Positions 32,692-42,869 of a stretch of DNA of 64,000 bases are shown here, in pieces. The notes beneath the pieces are model-generated. The model was not told the DNA's origin, searched no databases, and saw only the letters and a list, made by a program, of their open reading frames with translations. Origin of the DNA: Leptospira sp. (GTDB taxonomy: Bacteria > Spirochaetota > Leptospiria > Leptospirales > Leptospiraceae); contig JAWXAQ010000007.1 in NCBI GenBank assembly GCA_034439575.1, positions 256,001-320,000 on the forward strand, written 5' to 3'. Every line of letters starts with the position of its first letter. The stretch's first letter is position 1. The position numbers were made by a program, and so were the translations under genes.

Positions 32692-33624
32692 ATGAAAAAA
32701 ATATTCATCTTTCTATCACTTATTTTACTTACAATCAGTTGTAGTTCAACAGACATCAAAAACCAATCCTTAAGACCTGAATTGGATTTACAGGGTCATC
32801 GTGGCGCTAGAGGTCTCAAACCAGAAAACACATGGCCTGCTTTTGAAGAAGCAATCAAATTTAATATGGTTACTTTGGAACTTGATACCGTACTCACAAA
32901 AGATAAACGAATTGTGATACATCATGATTCTGAAACCAACCCTGTCATTTGTCAAAATAACGATGGAACAGAAATTACAAAAACTTCGCTATATCTATTA
33001 ACACTTTCCGAATTACAATCATTAGATTGTGGTTCCAAGAAAAATCCCGCTTTTCCTAACCAAACTTCTGTTCCTGGAACAAAATTATTATCAATAGAAG
33101 AGTTTTTTCAAAAAGTTTCAGAAGCAGAAAAGAAAACAAAACAAAAGTATTTGTTCAATATCGAGACCAAGTTTCCCGATGACGGATCTGCTTCCGATTT
33201 GATCGTTGAAGAACATACAAATTTATTAATCGCTGCCATAGAAAAATCCAAAGTTGTAGAACGTAGTACAATTCAATCATTCGATATGCGAACATTACCA
33301 ATTGTTCAAAAAAAGAATTCGAAAATTAGAACAAGTGCTCTTTTTGCACCCACATACTTTCAGGGATTTTTGATGACCATCGGTCTTGGAAATGGTTTTC
33401 GTGAAAGCATATTAGAAAAAGCAAAATCACTAAAGGTTAATATTATATCACCTTACTTTCTTTATGTGAACCAAAAATTTGTTAATGTATCTCATGAAGC
33501 AAAAATTGAAGTAATTCCATGGACTGTGAATACAGTGAAGGAAATGAAAAGACTTGAATCTTGTGGAGTTGATGGAATCATATCAGATTATCCTGATATG
33601 TTAGCTGCTACTTTTAAAAAATAA
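32692..33624 (+). CDS. Glycerophosphodiester phosphodiesterase lipoprotein
   Basis: Lipobox [37 protein letters not shown]. Confidence 0.93.
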   Translation: MKKIFIFLSLILLTISCSSTDIKNQSLRPELDLQGHRGARGLKPENTWPAFEEAIKFNMVTLELDTVLTKDKRIVIHHDSETNPVICQNNDGTEITKTSLYLLTLSELQSLDCGSKKNPAFPNQTSVPGTKLLSIEEFFQKVSEAEKKTKQKYLFNIETKFPDDGSASDLIVEEHTNLLIAAIEKSKVVERSTIQSFDMRTLPIVQKKNSKIRTSALFAPTYFQGFLMTIGLGNGFRESILEKAKSLKVNIISPYFLYVNQKFVNVSHEAKIEVIPWTVNTVKEMKRLESCGVDGIISDYPDMLAATFKK

Positions 33625-33627
33625 AGT

Positions 33628-33948
33628 TTAGCGACCTGTAACAATAGTACATAAGGAAGAATAAAATAATAATAGATTGTAGGCTTTCTTATCTACTGAT
33701 TTGATTTTTGTGATTCCAACCGAATGAGCAGCGGCTTCTATGCTGCTGTCCCCAGTCGTATAAAAGAAAAAAATACGTTTCGTACAGGCCTCACCGATTT
33801 TTGTATCTTTTTCTATAAATTCATTTTCTGAGTATCCAATGGTATAATTGCTATACAAATACCCGGACGGTCCTATTCCTTGCGGATTTCCTAAATTGAT
33901 ACAAGCGTTAAAAAAAGTAAGTAAGACGAATGCAAAAATCAACTGCAT
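33628..33948 (-). CDS. TRL-like family lipoprotein (start re-called to ATG at 33948)
   Basis: Lipobox FNAC; GPSGYLYSN, GEAC...GDSSI...SLCTIVTG. Confidence 0.78.
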   Translation of the reverse strand: MQLIFAFVLLTFFNACINLGNPQGIGPSGYLYSNYTIGYSENEFIEKDTKIGEACTKRIFFFYTTGDSSIEAAAHSVGITKIKSVDKKAYNLLLFYSSLCTIVTGR

Positions 33949-33995
33949 TAAATTTATAAATTTAAGGTGATTAAATATTTTAGCAATGGAGTAAC

Positions 33996-34301
33996 TCAAT
34001 TTTTTCCTCCCACCAAAACGCAAAGGGAAGCATAAATACCCAGATAACTTTTAAGTTCCCAGTTAACGTCTGTTACAATTCGTAAATTACCGAGTTCCTT
34101 CGTTTTTGAAATAGATGCATCTCCATAGGCAAATAAACCAAATACTGAATGAATACATCTTTTACTAATCGTTGTTGCTTTTTCTCCATTGGAATAGATC
34201 GCTAATTTAACATTTGAATAAAGAAATCCATTCGGCCCTACGCCTGGACTTGCACAATTGTTTAAGATGCTTACAAAAATAAGAGCTAATAGAAATTTCA
34301 T
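33996..34301 (-). CDS. TRL-like family lipoprotein
   Basis: Lipobox LNNC; GPNGFLYSN, CIHSVFGLFAYGDASI...SLCVLVGG. Confidence 0.8.
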   Translation of the reverse strand: MKFLLALIFVSILNNCASPGVGPNGFLYSNVKLAIYSNGEKATTISKRCIHSVFGLFAYGDASISKTKELGNLRIVTDVNWELKSYLGIYASLCVLVGGKN

Positions 34302-34364
34302 TCTGTTGTATAATAGATCAAATGTAATCTGTCGATTTTACTCAATTATGATTGAATTTTAAAT

Positions 34365-37031
34365 TCACTTTGCATTGTATTCAATTGTTTTTTTTCGCAT
34401 AACAACGCAGCGACTCTCTAGATCAATTTGTTTTTTTAATGTCTTTTTAATGGATGCTGGAAGTTTAGAATGTGAATTTACGAATTTGGTTAGTATCAAT
34501 CTAGTTTCATCTGTACAAAAATCCGGAGTTAAACTCTTTGCAATCCCATCTAAATAATTTTCATCTTCCGTGGAATTAAAATTCGCGAGTTTTTCCAAGT
34601 ATGGTTTAACATACGGTAGTTGAAGATGCTTTTGATAAATTGGAAATAAAATATAAGAAACAATTCTAAGGGTTGATGTAGAATACTCTGATTTTTTGGG
34701 TTCAAGGATAATATGAAACCATTTAGATTTAGCGGAATCTTTCGGTGATGATGCTTCTATAGAATAGGCGGCATTGATACCTCGTGAAGAGGGGTCATTT
34801 ATTTTTTCTTTTTGAATGAGCGTTTCAAATTCATTGTTTGAAAACCCTAGTGAAGATAATTTTCCAAGCATAACCCAACGAAGGTCTTGGTCAATTTTTA
34901 GACCTGGAATGCTAATTTTTCCATTCAAAACTTCCATAAGTCGTTCTTGATCTTTAATAACATAAGAGCTATCTACATAAGCAGTAAACCAATACCTTTG
35001 TGCATCCGTGGAAGCTTTTTCAGATAATAAACTTTCCCAGAGAAAATTGGAAAGGGATTCTAAATCCTTAATTTTTTTATCGTCACTTAACCAAAATCGA
35101 CTTACAAAATAGGAGTAACCTTTATCGGCTGTTATTTGAGAAAGAATCCATTTTTTTATTTTAGTATTTTCTTCTTTCGGTAAAATATCTTTTGCTACAT
35201 TATAAAATTCATCAAAACTGACTTTGCCTAGTTCCATTTGATCTGCAAAATTACTCCAAAGTATAAGTTTTCTAAATGAATCAGTATCATTTTGAAGTAT
35301 GTATTTTAATTTATCAATTTTTACATCAGTCCATTTCCACGTAACAAAATCTTGGTCATCCGCATTTACTAAAACAAAATCAGGACAAAAAGGTACTTTT
35401 TCAACAAAGTGAGTTATTCGACCTGCATAGATAAGTGAAAAGGTTTCATAATTAAATTTAGGTAATGTGGATGCGGATTCTTTTTCAGGGGAATTTATTT
35501 TGTATAATCCAATGTTCATTTTATGATCTCGGTATCGGTTCCCTTCCCCATTTGCAGACTGGATGATTTTCCATTTTAAAAATCCATCAGAGCATTCTGA
35601 AAAAAATTCTATTTCATTGGTTCCCTTGGATTCAAGCCAATCTTTTGACCATTTACGAAGGGAAATACCACCAGCTAATTCGAGTTCAACTAAAAAATCT
35701 TTCAAAGTGGAATTTGAAAATGCATATCTTTTTAAATAATTTTGAACTCCTTTTTGGAAGGTATCATCTCCTATAAAAAACACTAATTGTTTGAGAACGG
35801 ATGCACCCTTTCCATAAGTTATCCCGTCAAATTGTGTGAAGGCTTCCTCCGTATTTGCCACTTTGGTTTCTATCGCATGATTTGTTTGAAACGAATCTTC
35901 GCTATATGCCCATTGTTTCATTTTTTCGAAAAAGGATTCCCAAGTTTCAGAAAATTGCGATCCCCTTTCTTGTGCTAGGCTCGCCATGTAAGTTGCGAAA
36001 CTTTCATTTAGCCATAGTCCATTCCACCATTTCATTGTTACAAGGTTACCGAACCACATATGTGCCATTTCGTGTAAAATTACATCTGACAAGTTTTCTT
36101 TCTGAGCTCTTGTCATAAGGCTTCTGGATACAAATCTTTCCGAAAATGTCACAGCTCCCACATTTTCCATGGCACCAAAATTAAATTCTGGAACTATGAT
36201 TTGATCGTACTTCGAAAATGGATAGGGATAAGCAAAATACCCTTCAAAGAATGAAAATCCTTCCTTCGTATATTGGAACCAATCTGCAAAGTTCACATAA
36301 CTAGAAAGTGAGCGTCTAACATATAATTTTAAAGGAATATTGTTATATTTGTCTTCCCAAACATGAAAAGGTCCAGCATGTAAGGAAAATACATAAGGTG
36401 AAAATTTTTCCGAAATTGGGAAAGTGTGAATATTGTTTTCAATATTTGTTGGGGAAGGTAAGATTGATGATTGTAATGTAGAAGAAATTATCTTCCAAGA
36501 TTTTGGTGCTTCGGTTGTTAGCTGATAGGTGGCTTTTAAATCTGGTTGGTCAAAACAAGGAAACATTTTATTCGCATGAAATGCTTCAAATTGTGAATAG
36601 AGATAAATTTCTTTGTCATCCGGATCTATAAATTTATGTAATCCATTCCCAGTGCGAGAATAAGGAGTTTTAAAATTAATACTGATTAAATTTTTACCCT
36701 TTTTGATAAATTCATCAGGTAAAATGAGATGACCATTGTTATGTGATAGTTTATCGAAAACATTTTCATCGTTTAGGATGATAGAATCAATTTTGCCAGA
36801 AAAATAGTCCAATCTCAGATCTGCAGATTTCCAAACATCGAATTGAATTTCAACTTTTCCTTCGAAAGAATCTTCTTTTCCCAATTTAATATTTAAATTG
36901 TAATGGATATTTGAAAGAAGGCTAGCTCGTTTTTCCGCATCTTGCTGAGTTAGATGGTATGAATCTTGATAAACTTGACATGATATAAAAAATATAAAAA
37001 TGGTATATTTGATTTTTGATAGATAATTCAT
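34365..37031 (-). CDS. pepN: Aminopeptidase N (M1 family) with lipoprotein-like signal
   Basis: GAMEN, HEMAH-X18-E (LWLNES), ITYGKG; N-terminal FFISC. Confidence 0.93.
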   Translation of the reverse strand: MNYLSKIKYTIFIFFISCQVYQDSYHLTQQDAEKRASLLSNIHYNLNIKLGKEDSFEGKVEIQFDVWKSADLRLDYFSGKIDSIILNDENVFDKLSHNNGHLILPDEFIKKGKNLISINFKTPYSRTGNGLHKFIDPDDKEIYLYSQFEAFHANKMFPCFDQPDLKATYQLTTEAPKSWKIISSTLQSSILPSPTNIENNIHTFPISEKFSPYVFSLHAGPFHVWEDKYNNIPLKLYVRRSLSSYVNFADWFQYTKEGFSFFEGYFAYPYPFSKYDQIIVPEFNFGAMENVGAVTFSERFVSRSLMTRAQKENLSDVILHEMAHMWFGNLVTMKWWNGLWLNESFATYMASLAQERGSQFSETWESFFEKMKQWAYSEDSFQTNHAIETKVANTEEAFTQFDGITYGKGASVLKQLVFFIGDDTFQKGVQNYLKRYAFSNSTLKDFLVELELAGGISLRKWSKDWLESKGTNEIEFFSECSDGFLKWKIIQSANGEGNRYRDHKMNIGLYKINSPEKESASTLPKFNYETFSLIYAGRITHFVEKVPFCPDFVLVNADDQDFVTWKWTDVKIDKLKYILQNDTDSFRKLILWSNFADQMELGKVSFDEFYNVAKDILPKEENTKIKKWILSQITADKGYSYFVSRFWLSDDKKIKDLESLSNFLWESLLSEKASTDAQRYWFTAYVDSSYVIKDQERLMEVLNGKISIPGLKIDQDLRWVMLGKLSSLGFSNNEFETLIQKEKINDPSSRGINAAYSIEASSPKDSAKSKWFHIILEPKKSEYSTSTLRIVSYILFPIYQKHLQLPYVKPYLEKLANFNSTEDENYLDGIAKSLTPDFCTDETRLILTKFVNSHSKLPASIKKTLKKQIDLESRCVVMRKKTIEYNAK

Positions 37032-37040
37032 AAATGTATC

Positions 37041-38375
37041 CTATGGTTGAAAACTCTTGGATAATATGGCCCAATCAAGATTATCTCGATTCTTCCAATT
37101 TGCTTCGGGAAAGTATTTCCCTCCAATCGATTTTAGAATCAATTCCATATATTCTTCTCCTGGATCAAAGTCTTTTGCATTCAAAAATATCGATCCACCC
37201 CATTTTTTCTTAGCCTGAGTATGGCTAAAAATGCCTGAATAGGAAGAAATATCTTCATTAGTTGCAGGTATCCTGTATTTTTTGATGAGTTCTGAAACGA
37301 GAATCTTTACTTTTTCAGTTTGGATGGTTTGGGAAATTAATTCAGCTGTATCTTTGGCTACGATTTCAATTTGAATGCAGTTGTCATTTGTCCCTGTAGC
37401 GGCAGCGGCTCTTTCTTCTAATGCATCGACCAATTGGTATATTTTTCCATCTTTATCAACCATGAGTGTAGCTGTTAGGTTGCGGTTTTCTAAAGTTTTT
37501 AGAGACTGAAAATAATCAGGTATGGCTGTGTAATGTAGAACTACACAAGTTGGATGAATAATCCCTCTATGCGTATAACGAACTCTATATGATTCTATGG
37601 GAAAGTTATTTTCATCTTTTTCGATGGATGTAAGTTCCACCTTTTTTGCTTTGGAGATACCTCTTCCATTGGTAGGATTAAAACTTTCCTGGAGTTTTTG
37701 TTTGTTTTCTTTTTTTAAAACCCAGCCCGATTCAAACCTATCTTTCCAGAAATCTTCTTCGAAAAATTTTCCTTTGACATCTCTTAAAATGGAGGCTAAT
37801 GCTTTTTCCCCACCACAGCTTGAAAAATCCACAAAACCACCAAATCGTCGTTTGGCTTGGTTGTGAGTAAAAATTCCCTTTCTATCAATTATATTCTCAT
37901 TTGATTTTTGAATATTCAGGTCTTCAGATAACTGAGATAAGGTTTTGACTAAGGAATCATATTGTTTAGCATTAGATAATAGATTTTCTTGGCTTCCTTC
38001 ATAGGATAAATGTACCGCAACCTCATCAATGCCCGGCGCCGCTAAAAGAGTTTTTTTCAAAAAATTTGAATCTGCATAAACTTCACCAGTCTTATCAACA
38101 AATATATGGATCATGAATTGATTTTGAGATGAGAGTTTTAAATACTCATTGGCACTTTTTTTATCAGTTGCATGTAAGATGATCGCTGTAACCGTTTCAG
38201 GATTTCGCGCCGTAAAAGGAATTTGTTGCCAGTTGATTCCTGTAAGATTCGAACTTTGAAACGGCTTCGCTTCTGGAAGAATTACATCGTTCTGTAGATC
38301 TTTCTTTCGAAAATTTGGCAAACATTCCAAGAAAATTAAGAAAAATAATGATAAAATGTGCCATCTATGACACAA
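37041..38375 (-). CDS. N-acetylmuramoyl-L-alanine amidase (Amidase_2/PGRP) with two tandem domains; likely TTG start near 38375
   Basis: IILHAT/VVLHYT, VDKTGEVY/VDKDGKIYQ, FTHNQAK/FSHTQAK; lipobox-like FLEC. Confidence 0.8.
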   Translation of the reverse strand: MCHRWHILSLFFLIFLECLPNFRKKDLQNDVILPEAKPFQSSNLTGINWQQIPFTARNPETVTAIILHATDKKSANEYLKLSSQNQFMIHIFVDKTGEVYADSNFLKKTLLAAPGIDEVAVHLSYEGSQENLLSNAKQYDSLVKTLSQLSEDLNIQKSNENIIDRKGIFTHNQAKRRFGGFVDFSSCGGEKALASILRDVKGKFFEEDFWKDRFESGWVLKKENKQKLQESFNPTNGRGISKAKKVELTSIEKDENNFPIESYRVRYTHRGIIHPTCVVLHYTAIPDYFQSLKTLENRNLTATLMVDKDGKIYQLVDALEERAAAATGTNDNCIQIEIVAKDTAELISQTIQTEKVKILVSELIKKYRIPATNEDISSYSGIFSHTQAKKKWGGSIFLNAKDFDPGEEYMELILKSIGGKYFPEANWKNRDNLDWAILSKSFQP

Positions 38376-38400
38376 TAGCCATCTAATCCCAAAGTTAAGG

Positions 38401-38907
38401 ATGAATGAATTGGAACAATTTACTCTTTCTAGGAATCGATTTTTTAAATTTACTCTCAAATGTTTTGCCCTGACCGCTATTTCCTTAAAAGGAATCAATT
38501 GTGGTCCAGGAATTGTGACTCCAAAACTCCGAGGAATTTCGGAGGAAGCCTACCACAATTTCCGTTCCTTACAAGAGATCTTTCTAAAAGATAATCCTAT
38601 TACTAATTTTGATTTGGGGCTTGCATTAGACAATTACGTTTATGGTCACCCTTACCCGATTGAAACAGAGAGTGTATTGCAATTGTTAGTTGATTTACCT
38701 TCTTCAGTTCTCGCGGCAGTCGCATTGGATTTTTCATTTACCCCAATGGTAAAATTAACCCCAGAAGAAAGATTGCAAAGACTACTTTCATGGAAAAATT
38801 CTTCCCTTGGTCTAAAAAGAGGAGCTTACGCTATATTAAGACAAATCTCTTTTTTCCTTTTAAGTTCTGATAAAGATTACCAACGTTTTGTTGGTTACAT
38901 AGAGTAA
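38401..38907 (+). CDS. Small partner protein of the GMC oxidoreductase (possibly gluconate-2-dehydrogenase subunit 3-like)
   Basis: Tat-like SRNRFFK leader, helical domain LTPEERLQRLLSWKNS; 15 nt upstream of GMC gene. Confidence 0.55.
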   Translation: MNELEQFTLSRNRFFKFTLKCFALTAISLKGINCGPGIVTPKLRGISEEAYHNFRSLQEIFLKDNPITNFDLGLALDNYVYGHPYPIETESVLQLLVDLPSSVLAAVALDFSFTPMVKLTPEERLQRLLSWKNSSLGLKRGAYAILRQISFFLLSSDKDYQRFVGYIE

Positions 38908-38922
38908 GGCGGTCATTATTTC

Positions 38923-40530
38923 ATGGGCATCCCACAAGAAAATTCAAAAATTATAACTCCAAAGTTACATGAATCCATTATAAAACAAAATTCCATTACT
39001 GATGGTAAATGGAAAATGAGTGCTGATGTAGTCATCATCGGATCCGGGGCAGGTGGCGCAGTTGCCGCCGCAGAACTAGCGAAAGCTGGCTGGAAAGTAG
39101 TTCTTATTGAAGAAGGAAGTTATTTTACTCCTGCTCAATTCAATTCAGACGAATTTCTGTCCCAAGCAAGGTTGTATCGTGATGCTGGTTTCATTGTATC
39201 CGAAGAACAAACCATTTCTATACTCCAAGGAAAAACTATCGGTGGTTCAACGACGATCAATTGGCAAACATCTCTTTTTCCTCCCGAATATGTAACTGAC
39301 GAATGGGAAAAAAGATTTGGTTGGAAAGATGTTTCTCGCACTGCTATGGACCCTTATGTTTCAGAAGTACATGAACGATTGGGAGTGCACGAAGTTCCAG
39401 AAGAACTCATCAATGCCAATAATGATGTAATTCGAAAAGGAAGTAAAAAGTTAGGCTTAAATCCCCAAGTCTTAAAAAATAATAACAGAGGATGTATAGG
39501 ACTCGGTAGGTGTGGACTTGGATGTCCGATTAACGCCAAGCAGTCGACATTTTTGACTTGGATTCCTGATGCCATTGCAAATGGCGCAACCGTGATTTCC
39601 AATATGAGAGCAGTGAATATCAAAGAAGGTAAAATCAAAACAGTCATAGCTGATTTTGCACCTGATGCGTATGAAAAAGCACCTAATGTGCATTTGAATT
39701 CTCTAGAGATAGAAGCACCTGTTGTCATTGTTAGCGCTGGTGCCATTGAAGGTCCTGCATTATTACTCCGAAGTGGACTTGGAAATAAGTGGGTCGGACG
39801 AAATTTAAAAGTTCATCCTACCTCTACAATTTTTGGAAAATTCAATAATGAAATCAAAATGTTCCAAGGCCCACCTCAATCCATAGTCGTGAAAGATGGG
39901 CACAATCAAAATGGGACTGGATACGGATACTGGTTGGAAGCAGCACCTTACAGACCCACACTGGCATCTTCCCTTGTTCCATTCTATGGAAAGGCACAAT
40001 TTGACGTCATGAAGGATTTCAAAAACTACAATGCAGGCATTGTACTTGTCCGTGATGGTGCTGACGGAGAGGCAAATGGTAGTGTTGAATGGAGTTTTGG
40101 GCGAAGGAAAGTTTACTTTGAACTAACACCAACAGACGGATTGAATATGTTAAGGGGATTAAAAACTTTAGCAGAGATAACAGTTGCTGCTGGTGCGACA
40201 GAACTTATTTTTCCTTTCACAAGATTCACTGAGCCTTATAAAGTTGGATCAACTGAAAACTTTGATTGGATATTAAAAGAAAATTTTAAACCAGGATATT
40301 TATCTGTAGGGTCAGCTCATCCTCATGGTTCAATCCAATCCGCAAACGATCAAAATTTAGGCGCAGTGGATTTAAATTTAGAACTTTATGGCCATAAAAA
40401 CATATTTGTCATGGATGCGTCAATTTATCCAACAGGCTTATCTGTAAATCCGCAGATTACAACGATGAGTATGGTTCTTCGTGCCGCAAGAGTACTTTCC
40501 AAACAAAAAGTGGAGCGAACGAAAGTTTAA
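38923..40530 (+). CDS. GMC-family FAD oxidoreductase (long-chain alcohol oxidase-like)
   Basis: DVVIIGSGAGG, GKTIGGSTTIN, CGLGCPINAKQS, SAHPHGS, DASIYP...NPQIT. Confidence 0.9.
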   Translation: MGIPQENSKIITPKLHESIIKQNSITDGKWKMSADVVIIGSGAGGAVAAAELAKAGWKVVLIEEGSYFTPAQFNSDEFLSQARLYRDAGFIVSEEQTISILQGKTIGGSTTINWQTSLFPPEYVTDEWEKRFGWKDVSRTAMDPYVSEVHERLGVHEVPEELINANNDVIRKGSKKLGLNPQVLKNNNRGCIGLGRCGLGCPINAKQSTFLTWIPDAIANGATVISNMRAVNIKEGKIKTVIADFAPDAYEKAPNVHLNSLEIEAPVVIVSAGAIEGPALLLRSGLGNKWVGRNLKVHPTSTIFGKFNNEIKMFQGPPQSIVVKDGHNQNGTGYGYWLEAAPYRPTLASSLVPFYGKAQFDVMKDFKNYNAGIVLVRDGADGEANGSVEWSFGRRKVYFELTPTDGLNMLRGLKTLAEITVAAGATELIFPFTRFTEPYKVGSTENFDWILKENFKPGYLSVGSAHPHGSIQSANDQNLGAVDLNLELYGHKNIFVMDASIYPTGLSVNPQITTMSMVLRAARVLSKQKVERTKV

Positions 40531-40574
40531 TTTTTTTCTAAAATTCCCTTTCTTTCCCATGAGTTTCATGTTTT

Positions 40575-42137
40575 TTGGAACTTGTGGGAAAATTGTTCTC
40601 TCTACTATTCATTCTAATCTTATCAGTACCAGTTTTTGCCAATGAAAATGCGATTCTTAAAGACGCTAAGAAAGCTTTCTCTCGTAAGGCGTATTCCGAA
40701 TCCATAAAGAAATTTTCGAAATATTCAGAAACTCATCCTTCTGATGGGGAACCATATATGTATTTGGGTTACATATATGAATACAAAAAAGATTATCCAA
40801 ATTCGATAAACAATTTTCGAAAAGCAGCTGAGCTTAATTTAGAAAAATCACATAAGAAAACTGTAATATTGAAATTAGCATTATTTTTTAATTATCATCA
40901 AGATTGGAATTTAGCCGCAGCGTACTCTTCTCGTTATTTGAAATATGAACCAAACAATGAAGAAATGCAAAAAATTTACAATCGAGCGACGACTAACCGC
41001 GGTAATCCAAATTCTAACACTACAAATATTTCTCCACCTAGACATTCGGATAACAAAGTAAATGATGAAAAAACCCCTGTAAAAAAACCAGTGGTTGTTG
41101 AAAATGATAACGATGATGTTAAGCCAAGTTCTGATTATGAAAAGGGACTAAAAGAAAATCCCAATGATGAAGAATTGCGCTGGGAATATAGCTTGGCTCT
41201 TTTTGAAGAAAAAAAGTATGATCTTGCAGAACAAAATATAAATCAGTTGATTGAAAAAAATCCAAATCGAACAAGATATCATTATAAATTAGGTATCGTT
41301 AAACTAAGAAAGGATGATCCAAAGGGAGCTATCGAATCCTTTGAAAAAGCACGGAAAAATCCATTTTCAAAAGATACCAATGTATTCCTATATTATGTTT
41401 ATCTAAATGAAGGTATTGCCTATCAAAAGTTAAAACAATTTGATTTAGCAGAGTCTTCATTTTTAGGCGCACTAAAACAATTAAACAAAGATACTCCTCA
41501 CCTTGCTCTTGCTAGACTCTATCATTCTCAATCAAAATGGGGACTTTGTGCAGAAAAAGCCGAAAGTGCGATCGGGCTTGCGGCACAAGTAGAATCTCAT
41601 ATGTTTCGATTTGTCTGTTTGGCGGAAGATGGAAAATCTGGCTCAAGGTTCGAAACAAGTTTTGATAAATATTATATTTTTTTAGAATCAAATTATCCAA
41701 ATGCATCCAAATCTCCAGAAAAATACCAGGTGGGTTTTCTACGGTTGGCAAGACATCTAACTGCCATTGGCAAAGAAGCAAATGCTGAAAAGTATTTCTC
41801 TATTCTAGAGACAGATCCAGAAGTGAACCAAACTAGAGAGTATTTATTTTATAGAGGAAAGAATCTTTTTTACTTAAACAAAATTGATTTAGCGATACCA
41901 CTTCTTCAAAAAGTTTCCAATTCACCGGCATCTAGTTATTTACTCGCGAGAAGTTTTGCAAAAAAAGGAGATTTAGCGTCTGTTAAATTGAATTTAAAAT
42001 CAGCGGGTAGTATTAAAGATGAATATTGGGATATGGCAAAAACAGAAAAAGATTTTAAAGCCTTTGAATCTGACCTTTCTTTTAAAGAATTTATAAAAAA
42101 TAAAGGCAAAGAGACAGATCCAAAATCTACTCCGTAA
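40575..42137 (+). CDS. Exported TPR-repeat protein
   Basis: Signal peptide ending VFA; multiple TPR motifs. Confidence 0.82.
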   Translation: MELVGKLFSLLFILILSVPVFANENAILKDAKKAFSRKAYSESIKKFSKYSETHPSDGEPYMYLGYIYEYKKDYPNSINNFRKAAELNLEKSHKKTVILKLALFFNYHQDWNLAAAYSSRYLKYEPNNEEMQKIYNRATTNRGNPNSNTTNISPPRHSDNKVNDEKTPVKKPVVVENDNDDVKPSSDYEKGLKENPNDEELRWEYSLALFEEKKYDLAEQNINQLIEKNPNRTRYHYKLGIVKLRKDDPKGAIESFEKARKNPFSKDTNVFLYYVYLNEGIAYQKLKQFDLAESSFLGALKQLNKDTPHLALARLYHSQSKWGLCAEKAESAIGLAAQVESHMFRFVCLAEDGKSGSRFETSFDKYYIFLESNYPNASKSPEKYQVGFLRLARHLTAIGKEANAEKYFSILETDPEVNQTREYLFYRGKNLFYLNKIDLAIPLLQKVSNSPASSYLLARSFAKKGDLASVKLNLKSAGSIKDEYWDMAKTEKDFKAFESDLSFKEFIKNKGKETDPKSTP

Positions 42138-42150
42138 GTTCCAATATCTA

Positions 42151-42867
42151 TTATTCTTGTTCTTTCTGCTCTTTAGGAATATATCCTTTAAAAAGATCTG
42201 ATCTTAATTTTCTAAACGTTTCTATCGAAATTTGACCAGGAGCCTTTGGTTCACTTAAGGTCATATAAGTGTATGAAGAATTAAAATGATCACCAAATAC
42301 ACGAGAGATGATTCCGGATTCACCCATACAAATGCCTATCATAGTATTTGTTTTTGCGAGAATTTTTACATCATTCATAAAATCTGCGGTCTCTTCGATG
42401 TCTTCAGGGGTGATAGCAAATTTATAAATTGGATTTTTCTTTTTAACAGGCTTAGAATTTTGAATGAATTCTCTCATTTCTTTAGCGTATATGGATTTTT
42501 TAAAAGAATGGTAAGAATAAATAATTCTAAAGTTTAACTGCTCATAGTTGGTAAAAATAGTATCATCTCTATTTAGTTCTATGTCCAAGTAATTTGAGTT
42601 GTCATTAAAATCTTTTAAAATACCTTCCACATCTTCGGGAAATAATTTAACATAAGATTTAACACTACTATCTTCTGCTCTGCGGTAAGTAAAAAGAGCA
42701 GGGAGACCAAGGGTTTTTATTTTTTTCTTCATCTCTTTTTGGATGTAGTTTCTGGAAAATAAATCTAATCTTATCTCTAAAACATCCACATCTTTAACAT
42801 CTTTCTTTTGGAGATTGCGAATGTCATCTTCGCCTAGTGTTGCGATAATTTTATAAGAATCTGGCAT
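42151..42867 (-). CDS. aroD: Type I 3-dehydroquinate dehydratase
   Basis: EIRLD, FTYR, YLDIEL, SYH, KFA, MGESGIISR, APGQI. Confidence 0.88.
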   Translation of the reverse strand: MPDSYKIIATLGEDDIRNLQKKDVKDVDVLEIRLDLFSRNYIQKEMKKKIKTLGLPALFTYRRAEDSSVKSYVKLFPEDVEGILKDFNDNSNYLDIELNRDDTIFTNYEQLNFRIIYSYHSFKKSIYAKEMREFIQNSKPVKKKNPIYKFAITPEDIEETADFMNDVKILAKTNTMIGICMGESGIISRVFGDHFNSSYTYMTLSEPKAPGQISIETFRKLRSDLFKGYIPKEQKEQE

Positions 42868-42869
42868 AA

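Noticed and set aside
38376..38498. N-terminal extension of the amidase ORF; similar over-long starts at 6977, 16624, 26692, 34023, 44867, 58290
   Set aside because: Overlap neighbouring genes; downstream starts give proper signal peptides or family N-termini
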